Source: Candidatus Latescibacterota bacterium
Lineage (GTDB): Bacteria > Krumholzibacteriota > Krumholzibacteriia > WVZY01 > JAKEHA01
Assembly: GCA_963707635.1 (NCBI GenBank)
Contig: OY970173.1
Span: 2,016,001-2,080,000, forward strand
Direction of reading: 5' to 3'
DNA length: 64,000 nucleotides
The notes under the pieces are model-generated. The model was not told the DNA's origin. It saw only the letters and a program-made list of their open reading frames with translations, and did not search any database. Both the position numbers and the translations under genes were made by a program. The number at the start of each line of letters is the position of its first letter. The first letter of the stretch is position 1. This document shows, piece by piece, positions 21,382 to 32,000 of the stretch.

Positions 21382-21593
21382 GATCCACCCCCGGCCGCGC
21401 GCCGGCGGCACGCCTTGGGAATCATCGAATCGAATCGACGCCAACTTGTTACAGAGCTTGAGTCGCGACGGTCAGGGGCTGCAAGAACCGTGCACGGCGG
21501 CCGGGGCTGGGCCCGCACGTGACCGAGACACACCATTGGAGATTCCGCCGGGGAGGTCAAGGAGAATGTCGGCGTAATTCCCCGGCGTTCCGC

Positions 21594-21615
21594 GGCCCCG
21601 GGTGGGACCGGGGCC
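21594..21615 (-). terminator. GC-rich hairpin just after a stop codon (terminator or stabiliser candidate)
   Basis: GGCCCCGG-N6-CCGGGGCC, 5 nt downstream of the 21621 stop; no U-tract. Confidence 0.35.
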
Positions 21616-21620
21616 CCTCG

Positions 21621-22784
21621 CTAGAAGCGGTACTCGAAGCGTTCGATGCGCTCGATCGCGTCCCGGTCCCCCGCTTCCAGCACGCGCACGGCGCGAACGA
21701 GCTCCCACGGGGTCGAGAAATGAACGACGTGGCGCTCGCCGTCGTCGTAGCGGGCGAGCAGGTCGGCGAAAAGGGCGACCAGGCTTCCCGGTCCGTCCCC
21801 CAGCAGGCGGGCCGAATTCCGCTCCTGTGCCCCGTGCGTGTGCGCCTTGATGAACACCCAGCGCGGGAAGCCGGCCACCGTGATGCCGGTGCGGACCCAC
21901 GCGTCGAGGCGGTCGGGGGTCGGTGGGTTCGACCCGGTCAGGTCGCCGTTTTCGATCGCGGGAAGAACGCCCCTGCGCCGCTGCTTCCAATTCACCCCGA
22001 GCGGCCCCGTCACGATGAGCGGGCCCGCCGGGCCCGCGACTCCGAGTTGCGCGTCGACGCCGCGAAAGTGCGCGCGCGGGGCACGGGGATCCCCGGCCGC
22101 GTAGTAGATCCGGTTGATCACCGGCGGCTGCGACGGGTGCGGCGCCGACGGCAGCGTGAAATCGCCGTAGCAGCCGGTCTCGCGCAGGACGACCAGCTCG
22201 TCGTCGACGCCGCAATCGCGGCCGCGCCGGCCGGAGTTACCGAGCACCCAGTTGCCGTGGATGAAGGCGTACGTCGCCTCCCGGGTGAACGGGTCGTCGT
22301 GGAGCAGCCCGTGCTGCTCGCGCAGCGTCCGCTTGAAGGCGAGCAACTTGCTCCGGAGCGCCTCCGAGGTGTCGCGGTCGTGGTGGAGGTGGATTTCGAC
22401 TTCGCCGAAGCCCGCGCGCTGGACTTCGGCCAGCGTCTCGACGCAGCGGGGTTCGAGCGCGTATTCCTCCTGCGGGTAGAAGAACCCATGACGCGGCGGC
22501 CGCCCGCCCCGGTCGTGGAAACGCGCCGCGATCTCGGGGTAGCGCTCGCGCCAGCGCTGCGCGCGTTCCCGCGCGAGTTCGCGGTCACGGTTGTGCCAGA
22601 AGGGCTCGAAGTGGTCGACGATGCAGAAGAAGACGTGGCGAACTCCGTCGGCGCGGGGGCCACGCCGGCGGGCCAGGCCGGCGCGAACGATGAGGTCGAG
22701 GTTCTTGCCCCGGACCAGGCGCCACAGCGCGACGCCGGTAGCGGCGGCGGCGAGCCCGAGGATCGACAGGAGGACCGGCGTCAC
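21621..22784 (-). CDS. Conserved hypothetical protein, probable glycoside hydrolase/deacetylase-type metal barrel
   Basis: N-terminal TM; His/Asp-rich motifs VDHFEP, EIHLHH, FIHGNW, KAHTHG. Confidence 0.6.
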   Translation of the reverse strand: MTPVLLSILGLAAAATGVALWRLVRGKNLDLIVRAGLARRRGPRADGVRHVFFCIVDHFEPFWHNRDRELARERAQRWRERYPEIAARFHDRGGRPPRHGFFYPQEEYALEPRCVETLAEVQRAGFGEVEIHLHHDRDTSEALRSKLLAFKRTLREQHGLLHDDPFTREATYAFIHGNWVLGNSGRRGRDCGVDDELVVLRETGCYGDFTLPSAPHPSQPPVINRIYYAAGDPRAPRAHFRGVDAQLGVAGPAGPLIVTGPLGVNWKQRRRGVLPAIENGDLTGSNPPTPDRLDAWVRTGITVAGFPRWVFIKAHTHGAQERNSARLLGDGPGSLVALFADLLARYDDGERHVVHFSTPWELVRAVRVLEAGDRDAIERIERFEYRF

Positions 22785-22788
22785 GCGG

Positions 22789-24183
22789 TCACCACGCCAT
22801 GTAGAGGAACAACTTGGTGAACAGCCATCCGCCGATCGCGCACAGGAACGCGTACACGAAGTCCTTGCGTTCGAACAGGACGTACTTCTCGTCGCTCGTG
22901 CGCACGAACATCTGGGTCACGGCCGTGCTCAATCCGATCATGATGTAGAGCAGTTCGCTGTACGTGCGTGAGAGCCAGTACGCCCCCAGACAATACGCGA
23001 TCAGGCTGTAGCGGAGCGTATCGACATAGAGCGCCAGCGAGCGTTCCCCGCGTTTCTTCAGCTCGTGGGCGATGAACGTGTTGTTCTTGATCGAGAGGTA
23101 GATCAGCATGACCCACGCGTACAGCCCGAAAATGCCCAGCTCCGCCGCGCACAGGACGAAGGAGTTGTGGGCGGTGCGGAAATGATACTCGGTGAAGTTG
23201 TTGTAGCCCACCCCGAACGGGATGAACTGCTCGAACAGATCGATGCCGATCCCCCACGCCTGGATGCGCCCGTACGCGGATGCCTCCTCGGTGGAGATGG
23301 TGGACATGCGCGGTCCCAGCACGAACAGGACGAACATGGCCAGCCCGCCGACGCCGTAACCGAGCACCTTTCCCAGCCGCCGGCTCAAGAGGATCATGAG
23401 CAGCGCGCCGAACGCCATCAGGCCGCCCCGCGACTGGGTGAGATAGAGCGCGTACGCCAGCAGCGCGAGGGTCAGGAAGGCGAACAACTTTTCCACCGGT
23501 TTCGCGCGCTCGAAGAGCTGCAGGAAGAGAAACGGCATCACCATGACGAGCGCGAGGCCGAGGTCGTTCGGGTCGGAGAAGATGCCGATCGCCTGGATGC
23601 GCCCCTCGTAGGTCTGCTGGCCGCCGAGTCCGAAGCCGGTGAAATACTGGACGATGCCCTGCACGGCGAGCGCCACCGTGAGCACGACCAGCAACTTGAT
23701 GATGAAACCGAGTCGCCGGGGGGTGTCGACCAGGTTGGCGATCAGGAAGTACATCATCAGGATGGCGAGGAACTCGGTGGCGGCGCTGACTACTCCGGCC
23801 ACGACCATGGTGCGCATCTGCGAGAGCAGAATCGCGGCGAAGAACCACAGCATGACCCAGTTCTGGGGCGCGTGTGCCACGCGGATCTGCCGTTTCTGGA
23901 CCGCCATGTGCAGAATGAAGAGAGCGATCGTCGCTGCGCCGATCAGCAGCATCACCGGGGCACCCATCAGGCCGGGGACGTAGTCCTGGGGGCGCAGGTA
24001 GAGAAACAGCAGGTAGTTCACCAGGCCGACGAAAGGCTGCACGAAGAGCACGGTGACCCCGACGATTCCCGCGCCCGCGGCGATGGCCATGCCGGTGGAG
24101 TCCAGCATCAGCTTCGTGACCACCAGCGCGAGCAGGCACGTGATCACGAACGTGACCGCAACGGTGACGCGGCGATTATCCAT
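22789..24183 (-). CDS. O-antigen ligase/polymerase family (Wzy_C) membrane protein
   Basis: Many TM segments; GIFSDPNDLG, TQSRGG, SAYGRIQAW, GVGYNNF, TAHNSFV. Confidence 0.88.
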   Translation of the reverse strand: MDNRRVTVAVTFVITCLLALVVTKLMLDSTGMAIAAGAGIVGVTVLFVQPFVGLVNYLLFLYLRPQDYVPGLMGAPVMLLIGAATIALFILHMAVQKRQIRVAHAPQNWVMLWFFAAILLSQMRTMVVAGVVSAATEFLAILMMYFLIANLVDTPRRLGFIIKLLVVLTVALAVQGIVQYFTGFGLGGQQTYEGRIQAIGIFSDPNDLGLALVMVMPFLFLQLFERAKPVEKLFAFLTLALLAYALYLTQSRGGLMAFGALLMILLSRRLGKVLGYGVGGLAMFVLFVLGPRMSTISTEEASAYGRIQAWGIGIDLFEQFIPFGVGYNNFTEYHFRTAHNSFVLCAAELGIFGLYAWVMLIYLSIKNNTFIAHELKKRGERSLALYVDTLRYSLIAYCLGAYWLSRTYSELLYIMIGLSTAVTQMFVRTSDEKYVLFERKDFVYAFLCAIGGWLFTKLFLYMAW

Positions 24184-25396
24184 CGCACCTCCCCGCCGCA
24201 CCGCGGAGCAGTCCGTCGAGACGCGCGGCGATCGCGGCATGGGAGTACGCGCGAACCTGCGGGGGCACCGGGGTGGTGGGACCGCCGTCGCGACGGACGG
24301 CGACAACAAAGCGAGCCAGCGTCGCGGCGGCAGCGGCGGTATCGGGGCCGACGATCACCTCGCCGATCCCGGCCTCCCGCACGAGCGCCGCGGAGTCGCC
24401 TTCCGGCACCAGCGCCAGCACACGTCGCCCCGACGCGAGGTATGGATACGCCTTGCTGGGGACGCACGTCCGCCAGCTCTCGCGCTGCGGCAGGAGCAAA
24501 AGCAAGCCGCGCGCGCGGCGCATGGCGCGCAGACTCTCTTCGTGCGAGACGAAGCCGCGCCGTTCGACCCGGCTCTCCAGCCCGCGCTCGACGACCTTGC
24601 GCCACTCCCGGGGGTCGACGTTACCGTATATGGCCAGACGCGGCGCCCCCGCCGGGTCGTCCTTCGCGAGCCGCGCGACCACGTCGACGTAGAGATCCAT
24701 CATGCCGGGATAGACCTCGCCCACGTAGGTGAGGTCCGCACTCTCGGAGGTCGTTTCGGCCGGAGCATCGAGCATGGAGTCGTCGAAGCCGTTCGTCAGC
24801 ACGTCGACGCGCCCGGGGGCGAGAGCTGGAAAGGATGCCAGCAGCGCATCCCGGTTCCCGCGCGTATTGGCGAGGACCAGGTCCGCCGCCGAGAGCACGC
24901 GGCGTTCCAGCGCGCGATGCAGCGACTGCGAGAGCCGGCGGCGCGGATAGCGCGAGGGGGCCGTCCAGGGGTCGCGGTAGTCCGCCACCCACACGAAGCG
25001 ACGGCGGCGTCGAACGGCGGTGACGACACACTGGCTGGAATGCGGCGGACTCGACGTGAGCACCGCGTCGAACGACTCGTGGTCGAGCAGGCGCGTGAGC
25101 GCACCGGCAAGCGCGAGCGACCAGCCGACGTGCACGTCGGGAAACGCGACGTCCTTCCACAGACCCGCGAGGCGCCGCCGGACGTATCCACGACTGCGCT
25201 CGGTGTCCGCGCTGCCGCGTGATGTGGACACCACCCGAACGCCGTCCGCCGCGCGGGAGCCGGGTGCGGCGGTCAGCACCGTCACCTCCCAGCCGGAGGC
25301 CGCCAGGTGGCGCGCCATCGAGGCGACGCGCAGACTCCCGGGCGTGATCCACGGCAGGTAGTGGTACGAAACGACGAGGAGCCGCGGCGTGTGCAT
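24176..25396 (-). CDS. Glycosyltransferase family 4
   Basis: LTSSPPHS, WVADYRDPW, LTNGFD, PSKAYPYLASGR. Confidence 0.85.
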   Translation of the reverse strand: MHTPRLLVVSYHYLPWITPGSLRVASMARHLAASGWEVTVLTAAPGSRAADGVRVVSTSRGSADTERSRGYVRRRLAGLWKDVAFPDVHVGWSLALAGALTRLLDHESFDAVLTSSPPHSSQCVVTAVRRRRRFVWVADYRDPWTAPSRYPRRRLSQSLHRALERRVLSAADLVLANTRGNRDALLASFPALAPGRVDVLTNGFDDSMLDAPAETTSESADLTYVGEVYPGMMDLYVDVVARLAKDDPAGAPRLAIYGNVDPREWRKVVERGLESRVERRGFVSHEESLRAMRRARGLLLLLPQRESWRTCVPSKAYPYLASGRRVLALVPEGDSAALVREAGIGEVIVGPDTAAAAATLARFVVAVRRDGGPTTPVPPQVRAYSHAAIAARLDGLLRGAAGRCDG

Positions 25397-25398
25397 GG

Positions 25399-26601
25399 TC
25401 ACGCCGGCCGGATTCCCGCGCGACCGGTCATTGTATAGAGGAGTTTTCGCGCCTGGCGGCGCTGGCGCGCCCACGGACGTCCGCGGAACTCGTCCAGGAA
25501 ATCGACCAGGTACGCGCCGGGCGCGAACACGGTCCGGCCGCGGAGCCAAAACGACGGCACCCCCCGGCGCACGATCTTCCCCGGATTTTCGCCGGGCCGA
25601 TTCCGGTACCGCCACCGGTCACCCGAGCTCACGGTGACGGCGGCATAGTGCTCGCGCGCGAACTCCATCGCCTCATTATTGTATCCGCCCCCGGGCCACA
25701 CCAGGAACTCGACCTGGGTGGCGAGGGTTGAGGCGATCACGCGCTTCGATTCCACGAGCTCGCGTTCGAGCCGGCCGCGGTACTCGTCGTCGGACTCGGG
25801 GCGGCCCCCGCCCGCGCGACCGGACCGAAAGCGCGCCAGCTCCGCGCGAAGGTGCTCGCGCCACCCCGCCCCGGCGAAGATCGCCGGCCCCCCTTCCCGC
25901 GCGACCAGCGCTGCGAAGTGCTCGGTCTCACCGGGGTCGGGAAAGAAGCGCCGGCACGCGAGCGATTTTTCGTGTGCGTACACCGGAACCCCGTAAGGGA
26001 CGCGCGATTCTCCCGGGCGCTCGAGGTAGTGCGGCTTCGAGCCCGGCTCCGCGTTCCAGTCGAGCCAGTAGTGCCCGTCGCCCGGGTGATGGAAGTCGAC
26101 CACCTCGTCGCTCACCGGGTACCAGGTGTGCGTCATCGCGTGGCACTGCACGTCGAGGAGCCCCGCCGCCAGCAACCGTCGCAGCTCTTCCCAGGACATG
26201 AAGCCCCGCACCGGGAGGTCGGCGTCCGCCAGACGCCCGCCCCACACGTCGCGCAGCGTGGGCCGGACGGCGTCCTGCGGGTGCACGAACTCGGGCGTCA
26301 CCAGCACGGTCCCCGTGAATCCGTAGCGTTCGAGCAGCGGCGCCGCATAGACCCAGTTGTCGAGGTATCCGTCGTCGAAGGTGAGCACCACCGTCTTGCC
26401 CGCCAGCGGGCGCTCGCCCCGGACGTGTGCGTGCCAGTCGCGCAGCGTGGCGCTTCGATAACCCGCCCGGGAGAGCGCGCGCAGCTGGTCCTCGAACACG
26501 TTCGCCGGCGTGGTCAGGTTCGACCAGGCCCAGTCGGGCAGCACGCGCCCGACGCTGTGGTACATGAGAACGGGAACCGCGCCGTCGCCGGAACGCGTCA
26601 T
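25399..26601 (-). CDS. Polysaccharide deacetylase (NodB/CE4)
   Basis: PVLMYHSV, LTFDDGYLDN, VQCHAMTH, WPGGGY; ATGA overlap. Confidence 0.88.
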   Translation of the reverse strand: MTRSGDGAVPVLMYHSVGRVLPDWAWSNLTTPANVFEDQLRALSRAGYRSATLRDWHAHVRGERPLAGKTVVLTFDDGYLDNWVYAAPLLERYGFTGTVLVTPEFVHPQDAVRPTLRDVWGGRLADADLPVRGFMSWEELRRLLAAGLLDVQCHAMTHTWYPVSDEVVDFHHPGDGHYWLDWNAEPGSKPHYLERPGESRVPYGVPVYAHEKSLACRRFFPDPGETEHFAALVAREGGPAIFAGAGWREHLRAELARFRSGRAGGGRPESDDEYRGRLERELVESKRVIASTLATQVEFLVWPGGGYNNEAMEFAREHYAAVTVSSGDRWRYRNRPGENPGKIVRRGVPSFWLRGRTVFAPGAYLVDFLDEFRGRPWARQRRQARKLLYTMTGRAGIRPA

Positions 26602-27758
26602 GGCCGCACCCCCGGAGCCCCGCGCGATCGGGCGCCCGCGAGCAGGTCGCCGACGCGCCGGCACTGTTCCTCCAGCCGCCGCGGGTAGTAGCGGCGCACG
26701 CGCGCCGTGTCGAACGCGAACAGCACCGCCCTGCCCCGCTTCGACGTGTTGCGGCGTTGCTTGGCGCACCGGAACAGGAGGCTCTTGAGGTAGTAGCCCC
26801 CCAGATAGATATCGAGCAGCGGGTCGCGTGGCCCCGGCCCGAAGTACCCCTCGAGGAACGGCGCGCGCAGCGCCTGCACGCGACTCCGATCGAAGAAGAG
26901 CTGGTGCGGGTACGGATTCATCGTCTCCAGCGTCACCAGGAAGTAGTCGATGTCCTCGTAGATCGGGGCGGGCGTGCGATAATTCAAATCGAATACGTAC
27001 ACGAAATCGTCCCCCGCGTGCGCATTCTGGGGGCCGTAGTCGCCGTGCTGGTCGGACACGGCGACGCGCTGGTCGCGCCCGAACGCGTGCAGCGCGCGCA
27101 CCGAATCCCGCACGCGGGCGGCCGTCGCGCGGCCGAAGCCATGCGCCAGGAACAGCGCGATCTTTTCGTCGACGCGGGCGACGAATTCGTCGCCGAAGGG
27201 CGCGGTGTCGCCCTGCCGCGTCAACTGGTGGTACACCGCGAGCCATTCGCCGCACCGGCGCACGGTCGTCTCGAGACGGCGGGCCGCGTCGCGCCCCGCG
27301 AAACGGCCGCCGTCGCGCAGTATCACGCGCGAGAGGCGCTCTCCCCCGACGCGTTCCATCAGGAGCGCGTTCACGTCGTCGTAGAAATCGAGCGGACGCG
27401 GGACGCGCACTTCGCCTCCCGGTCCAAGGCGGTCGTGCATTGCCTGCAGGTGGCGGTACTCGGTAAGGCCTTCGTTGTTGTCGTCGAACACGGGCGCGAA
27501 CTTGACCACGATCGCGCGCGCGGTTCCGTCGGGGGCGCGGGTCTCGGCGAGGAACAATGGATAACTGGACGCCTCGCCGAGCCGGCGCAGGCTCACCTGC
27601 GCGGACGCGGAATCGAGCGGCGTTTCCGGGAAGTATCGGGAAATCCGGGAACGAATGCGCTCGGCGATGTCGCCCAGCATGGCCGCGGTCACGACCACGC
27701 CGTCGTCGGCGTGGACGGTCGCTGGCGGATTCACGACACCGGGCACGACATTCCTCAC
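26598..27758 (-). CDS. Aminoglycoside-phosphotransferase/Kdo-kinase-like kinase
   Basis: IVVKF, VRVPRPL, LLMERV, Brenner motif HGDYGPQN, then YVFD. Confidence 0.75.
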   Translation of the reverse strand: MRNVVPGVVNPPATVHADDGVVVTAAMLGDIAERIRSRISRYFPETPLDSASAQVSLRRLGEASSYPLFLAETRAPDGTARAIVVKFAPVFDDNNEGLTEYRHLQAMHDRLGPGGEVRVPRPLDFYDDVNALLMERVGGERLSRVILRDGGRFAGRDAARRLETTVRRCGEWLAVYHQLTRQGDTAPFGDEFVARVDEKIALFLAHGFGRATAARVRDSVRALHAFGRDQRVAVSDQHGDYGPQNAHAGDDFVYVFDLNYRTPAPIYEDIDYFLVTLETMNPYPHQLFFDRSRVQALRAPFLEGYFGPGPRDPLLDIYLGGYYLKSLLFRCAKQRRNTSKRGRAVLFAFDTARVRRYYPRRLEEQCRRVGDLLAGARSRGAPGVRP

Positions 27759-28957
27759 GAGCGCCGCTTGGCCACGGCCTGCTCGAAAACCGCGTCGAGC
27801 CGGGCGTAGTTGGCGCGCCAATCGTAGCGGCTGACGACGAGCTCACGACCCGCCTTGCCCAGCGCGATCCGCAGCGCGGGGTTGCGCAGCAGTGCGACGG
27901 TGTGCGCGGCGAACTGCTCGGGGTCGTCGGTGATCATCGCGGTGCGGCCGTGCTCGAGCGCGATCCCCTCTGCACCCACCGAGGTCGTGACCAGCGGCTT
28001 CTCCATCGCCAGCGCCTGGAAGACCCGGTGCTTGGTCCCGGCGCCGACGCGAAGCGGCAGCACGACCACGGCGGCACGCTGGATGTACTCGCGGATGTCG
28101 GGGACCTGGCCGGTGACGACCACCCGGTCGCTGGCCAGACGCCGGATCGCCTCCGGCGGCGTCTTGCCGGCCAGCGTCAGCTTCACACCCGGGATCTCAC
28201 GCCGCACCCGCGGGAGGATCTCGTCGTGGAAATACAGCGCGGCGTCGTCCTGCGGGGGCCAGCCGAAGTTGGCGAAGTAAACGACGCTGTTCTCTTCCGT
28301 CGCCACGTGGTCCAGGGGGCGAAAGAACTCGACGTCGGCGCCGTTGGGGACGGTGGTCACGTCCGCCTGCGGCGCAATGCGCAGGAACTCCTCGCGGTCG
28401 CCGTCGGAGAGCGTCACGATCTTCTCGGACATGGCAGCGACCTGCTGCTGGCAGCGGATGAAGCGCGGGATCTGCAGGCGGACGAACGCCCGCAGCGCGG
28501 GGTTGGGATGGACGCTGCCGAAGCGCCGCCACAGCACGTGCTCGACGTTGTGCGCGTCGAACACGAACGCGGCGCGCCCCTTGTGGGCGGCGTACTGGCC
28601 CACGTGCAGAAAGTGGGCGTGGATGACATCGATGTTATCTTCGCGCACCATGCGTTCGACGGCGCGCGCCATCTCGGCGCGCCGGTACTCGGAGATGATG
28701 AACGGCCGCGAGCCCGCCAGACTGCCGACCGCCGTCGCAAGCCGCTTCCAGCGCGGGCGCACGAGGTCGATGCCGACGATCTTCCTGCAGTAGGGTTCGA
28801 GGTCGCGGAAGTGGTCGCGGCCGTGTCCGTCGAGCAGGAACGAGAGCAGGTACACCTCGTGGTGCTTCGAGGTTTCCTTGAGCAGGCTGAAGTTCCGGAT
28901 TTCCGCGCCGCCGAGCAGCGGCCAGATCGCCTTGGCGGTGAGGACGAGAACTCTCAT
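27755..28957 (-). CDS. Glycosyltransferase family 4 (exosortase-locus type)
   Basis: WPLLGGAEIR, FDAHNVEH, VPNGADV, PLRVGAG, ALAMEKPLVTTSVGAEG. Confidence 0.88.
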   Translation of the reverse strand: MRVLVLTAKAIWPLLGGAEIRNFSLLKETSKHHEVYLLSFLLDGHGRDHFRDLEPYCRKIVGIDLVRPRWKRLATAVGSLAGSRPFIISEYRRAEMARAVERMVREDNIDVIHAHFLHVGQYAAHKGRAAFVFDAHNVEHVLWRRFGSVHPNPALRAFVRLQIPRFIRCQQQVAAMSEKIVTLSDGDREEFLRIAPQADVTTVPNGADVEFFRPLDHVATEENSVVYFANFGWPPQDDAALYFHDEILPRVRREIPGVKLTLAGKTPPEAIRRLASDRVVVTGQVPDIREYIQRAAVVVLPLRVGAGTKHRVFQALAMEKPLVTTSVGAEGIALEHGRTAMITDDPEQFAAHTVALLRNPALRIALGKAGRELVVSRYDWRANYARLDAVFEQAVAKRRS

Positions 28958-28985
28958 ACGTGAAACGAACGCCGGCCACAAACGG

Positions 28986-29018
28986 CGAGGTCGCGTGGAC
29001 TTATACCACGCGACCTCG
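28986..29018. repeat. Perfect 13-bp inverted repeat with a 7-nt loop
   Basis: CGAGGTCGCGTGG-ACTTATA-CCACGCGACCTCG in the intergenic gap. Confidence 0.85.
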
Positions 29019-29056
29019 GTACTCAACAACGAACGTTTCCGACCGCCCGGGCGCGA

Positions 29057-32000
29057 CTACTGGCTGGCGACCGGCGTCGACGGCGAAAGAATGTCCTCCA
29101 GAGTGAACGACAGCGAGCCGGCCTCGCTGGCCACGTGCTCGCCGCCCTGGCTGACCGTGACCGCATGCCCGTCGCTCCGGCGCGCGACCTCGATCGTGTA
29201 CCCCATGCCCGGCACGAGATCGAAGAGGTGCTGCAGGCCCTGCAGGTCGAAGCCGACCTCGTAGGTGAAAGCACCCGCCGGCGCGGCCCCGGCCGGGTCC
29301 GAGGAGAACATGACGACGTGCTCCTGCGCCGGGTCCTTGATCACCGCGCCCACCATCTGCCCCTCCTTCGAGCGCACGAGCGTCGTCGCCGCCATCGACG
29401 GGGTGGAAGACGTCGTTCCCAGGAACACGTTGAGGAACTGATAACTCGGCCGCACGGTGGTGTCCTTGAGCTCCATGCGCCAGGTCTGCATGCGGTCCTC
29501 CGTGCTCATCGCCTCTTCGTCCACCCAGCCGATGGACGGCGACTGCGGCAGCAGCACCTTGTGGAACAGGCGGCCCGGGCCGTTGGTGACCGACCACACG
29601 CCGCCCGACTGGGTCGGCTGCGTGTACGGGTAGTGGAACATGCTCAAGACTTCCGACGACGTGAACCCGTTCGAGAGCGAGATCCGGTCGAAGGCGACCA
29701 CATATCCGGGGAGGATGTGCACCAGCTCGCGCTGGAACACGTCGACCATCTTGTCGTCGCCGTGGCTGTACTCGCCGGGGTTCGTCCAGTAGGCGTCGCT
29801 GGCGTCGCCCACCGCGTAGGTGTAGGTCGGCGCTGCCTCGTACTTGACCATCGACCCGGTTCCATCGCCGAAGCGCTGCGACGTGTTCGCCACCACGATG
29901 GTATTGTGGAAATGCGCGGAGCGCGGGAGGCTGCTCGAATACGGCTGCGTGTCGGTCAGCATCCAGCCGTCGACGCCGACCGAGGGGTTGCCGACATAGA
30001 TCGAGAAGTGGTTCTGGTCGCTGTGCTGGTGTCCCTGGACCCGGTCCGTGCACGTAAACGTCACCGACACGGCGTTGTCGGTCCAGTTGGAACGGCTGTT
30101 TACCCAGTCGATCCCCTCCGAGTAGTAGCGCGTGGGCAGCTCCGCATAATTGCGCTCCGGCAGTTCCGGCTGCTCCAGGAAATAGTCGACCGGGATCATC
30201 TCCGAGATCCCGTTCATATAGGTGACGTCGTGGTTGCACCAGTACTGCGCGTACTGGCTCTCGATCGTCCCCTTGAGCCCCTCGGCGAGCAGCAGCATCT
30301 CATGGCGGTCGTACGGGTTGACCGTCAGCGTGGGCTCCTGGGAAGCGTCACCGCCGGTATAGAGCACGCGGTTGTTCGGCTGCGCGGAATACAGCTCGTA
30401 GCGCACGGACTGGCGCGCGAACGGGTGCGACGGGTCGTTGAAATAGTCGACCCCGGCGGTCTCCTTGAGCAGGAGGAACGCCTCGAAAATGTGTCGCTTC
30501 ATGGCGCGCCCGTAATTCTCCCCTTCCAGCCAGCCGCCGCCGTTGCCGGCCCCGTCGAGCGCGGGGAACATCTGCTCGCTGAACTTGGCCTTGAGGAACT
30601 CGTACACGTCGGTGTAGCGGTCCGACGACGCGTCGCGCGAATTCATCAGGTAATACACGTTGTAGGTCGTCCCGTTGTGGACGAATGTCCCCGGGTTCTC
30701 GCCGTAGGTGGCCAGCGCCACGTAGGTCGTGGCCAGCAGGTAGTTGTAGAAGTAGTTCTGGTACGGGTTCGACGTTGCCCAGTCCCCGGTGTCGAAGATC
30801 GCGTTGGCGTCGGGCTGGTCGCTCCAGGTCACGAACAGCATCTTGTTCATGTATCCGATCCACGCCGACTTCTGGGCCGGCGTGAGCAGGTCGTAACACC
30901 AGTCGTAGACCAGGCACACGTTGCGCATGAAGTCGCGCACGTACAGGAACTTGTTGTTGGCGTTTCCGATGCAGGTCGCGCCGCACGCCACCAGCGCGTC
31001 CACCTGCTGGATGGCGGTGGTCGCGTAGGAGGTGTTTCCCGTCACCACGTAGGCGAGGGCGAAGTGCCACGTGTCCGCCTTCCCGGGCTTGTTGTCCACG
31101 AAATCGAAGAACGAGTTCGAAAACGCGGTTGGCGTGCAGTTGGGGATCGGGTTGCCATTGTCGTCCAGGCAGGCGTTGCGCCGCAGCTCCTGCAGGCGGC
31201 CGCCGACCAGCGAGAGGCGCGGGTGACCGGCGGGAATCCCCGTGCTGGCGGTGCCGTTCTTCAGGAACACGGATACGCCCGCGGAGGTGGCGACGTTGCC
31301 GGCGTCGTCGTGCGCACGGGCAGAGATCGTGTAGAAGCCGCTGGGGTACACGTTCGGGTCGACGGTGGTCGAGTACGGCGACTGGACGTCCGGTGAGCCC
31401 AGTGCCGCGCCGTCGAGCAGGAACTCGACCGACGCGACCATGACGTTGTCGCTGGCCGTGGCCGTGACGGTGCTGGTGTGATCGATGGTGGAATTGGCGG
31501 CCGGGGCCGTGAGCGTGACCGTCGGCGGGGTCACATCGCCGGTGGGAGCGCCGCCGAGTTCGTACGCGCCGGCGTCGTGGCGCACGCCCGCCGGTCGCGC
31601 CACCCCGTCGCGGTCCACGGCCGGGGCGGGACGCCCCTGGTAGTTCGGTACCCCGCGATCGATTGCGGCCGAGGCGGTGGCGAGGTGGAGGTTGCGCCCC
31701 GTCGCGTCGACGAAGAGGCCGGTCGACGCCGTGACCTGCAGGTTCGAGGCGCCGTCGACGAGATTGCCCCCGACCTCGTCCACGATGAGCTTGCTCGAGC
31801 TCGAGGCCACGCAAATGTTATTGAAAATCACGTTGCTGGTGGAACCGTCGGTCAGGCGGATGCACGCGATGCGCGGTTCGACCACCGTGTTGTTGACGAT
31901 CAGGTTGTTGCTGCTCGGCTTTCCGCAGGAGGGACCCACCTGGTCGGCGAGATGAATGCCGCCGGCCCCCGCCGAGATGCCGTTGTCGTAGATGACGTTG

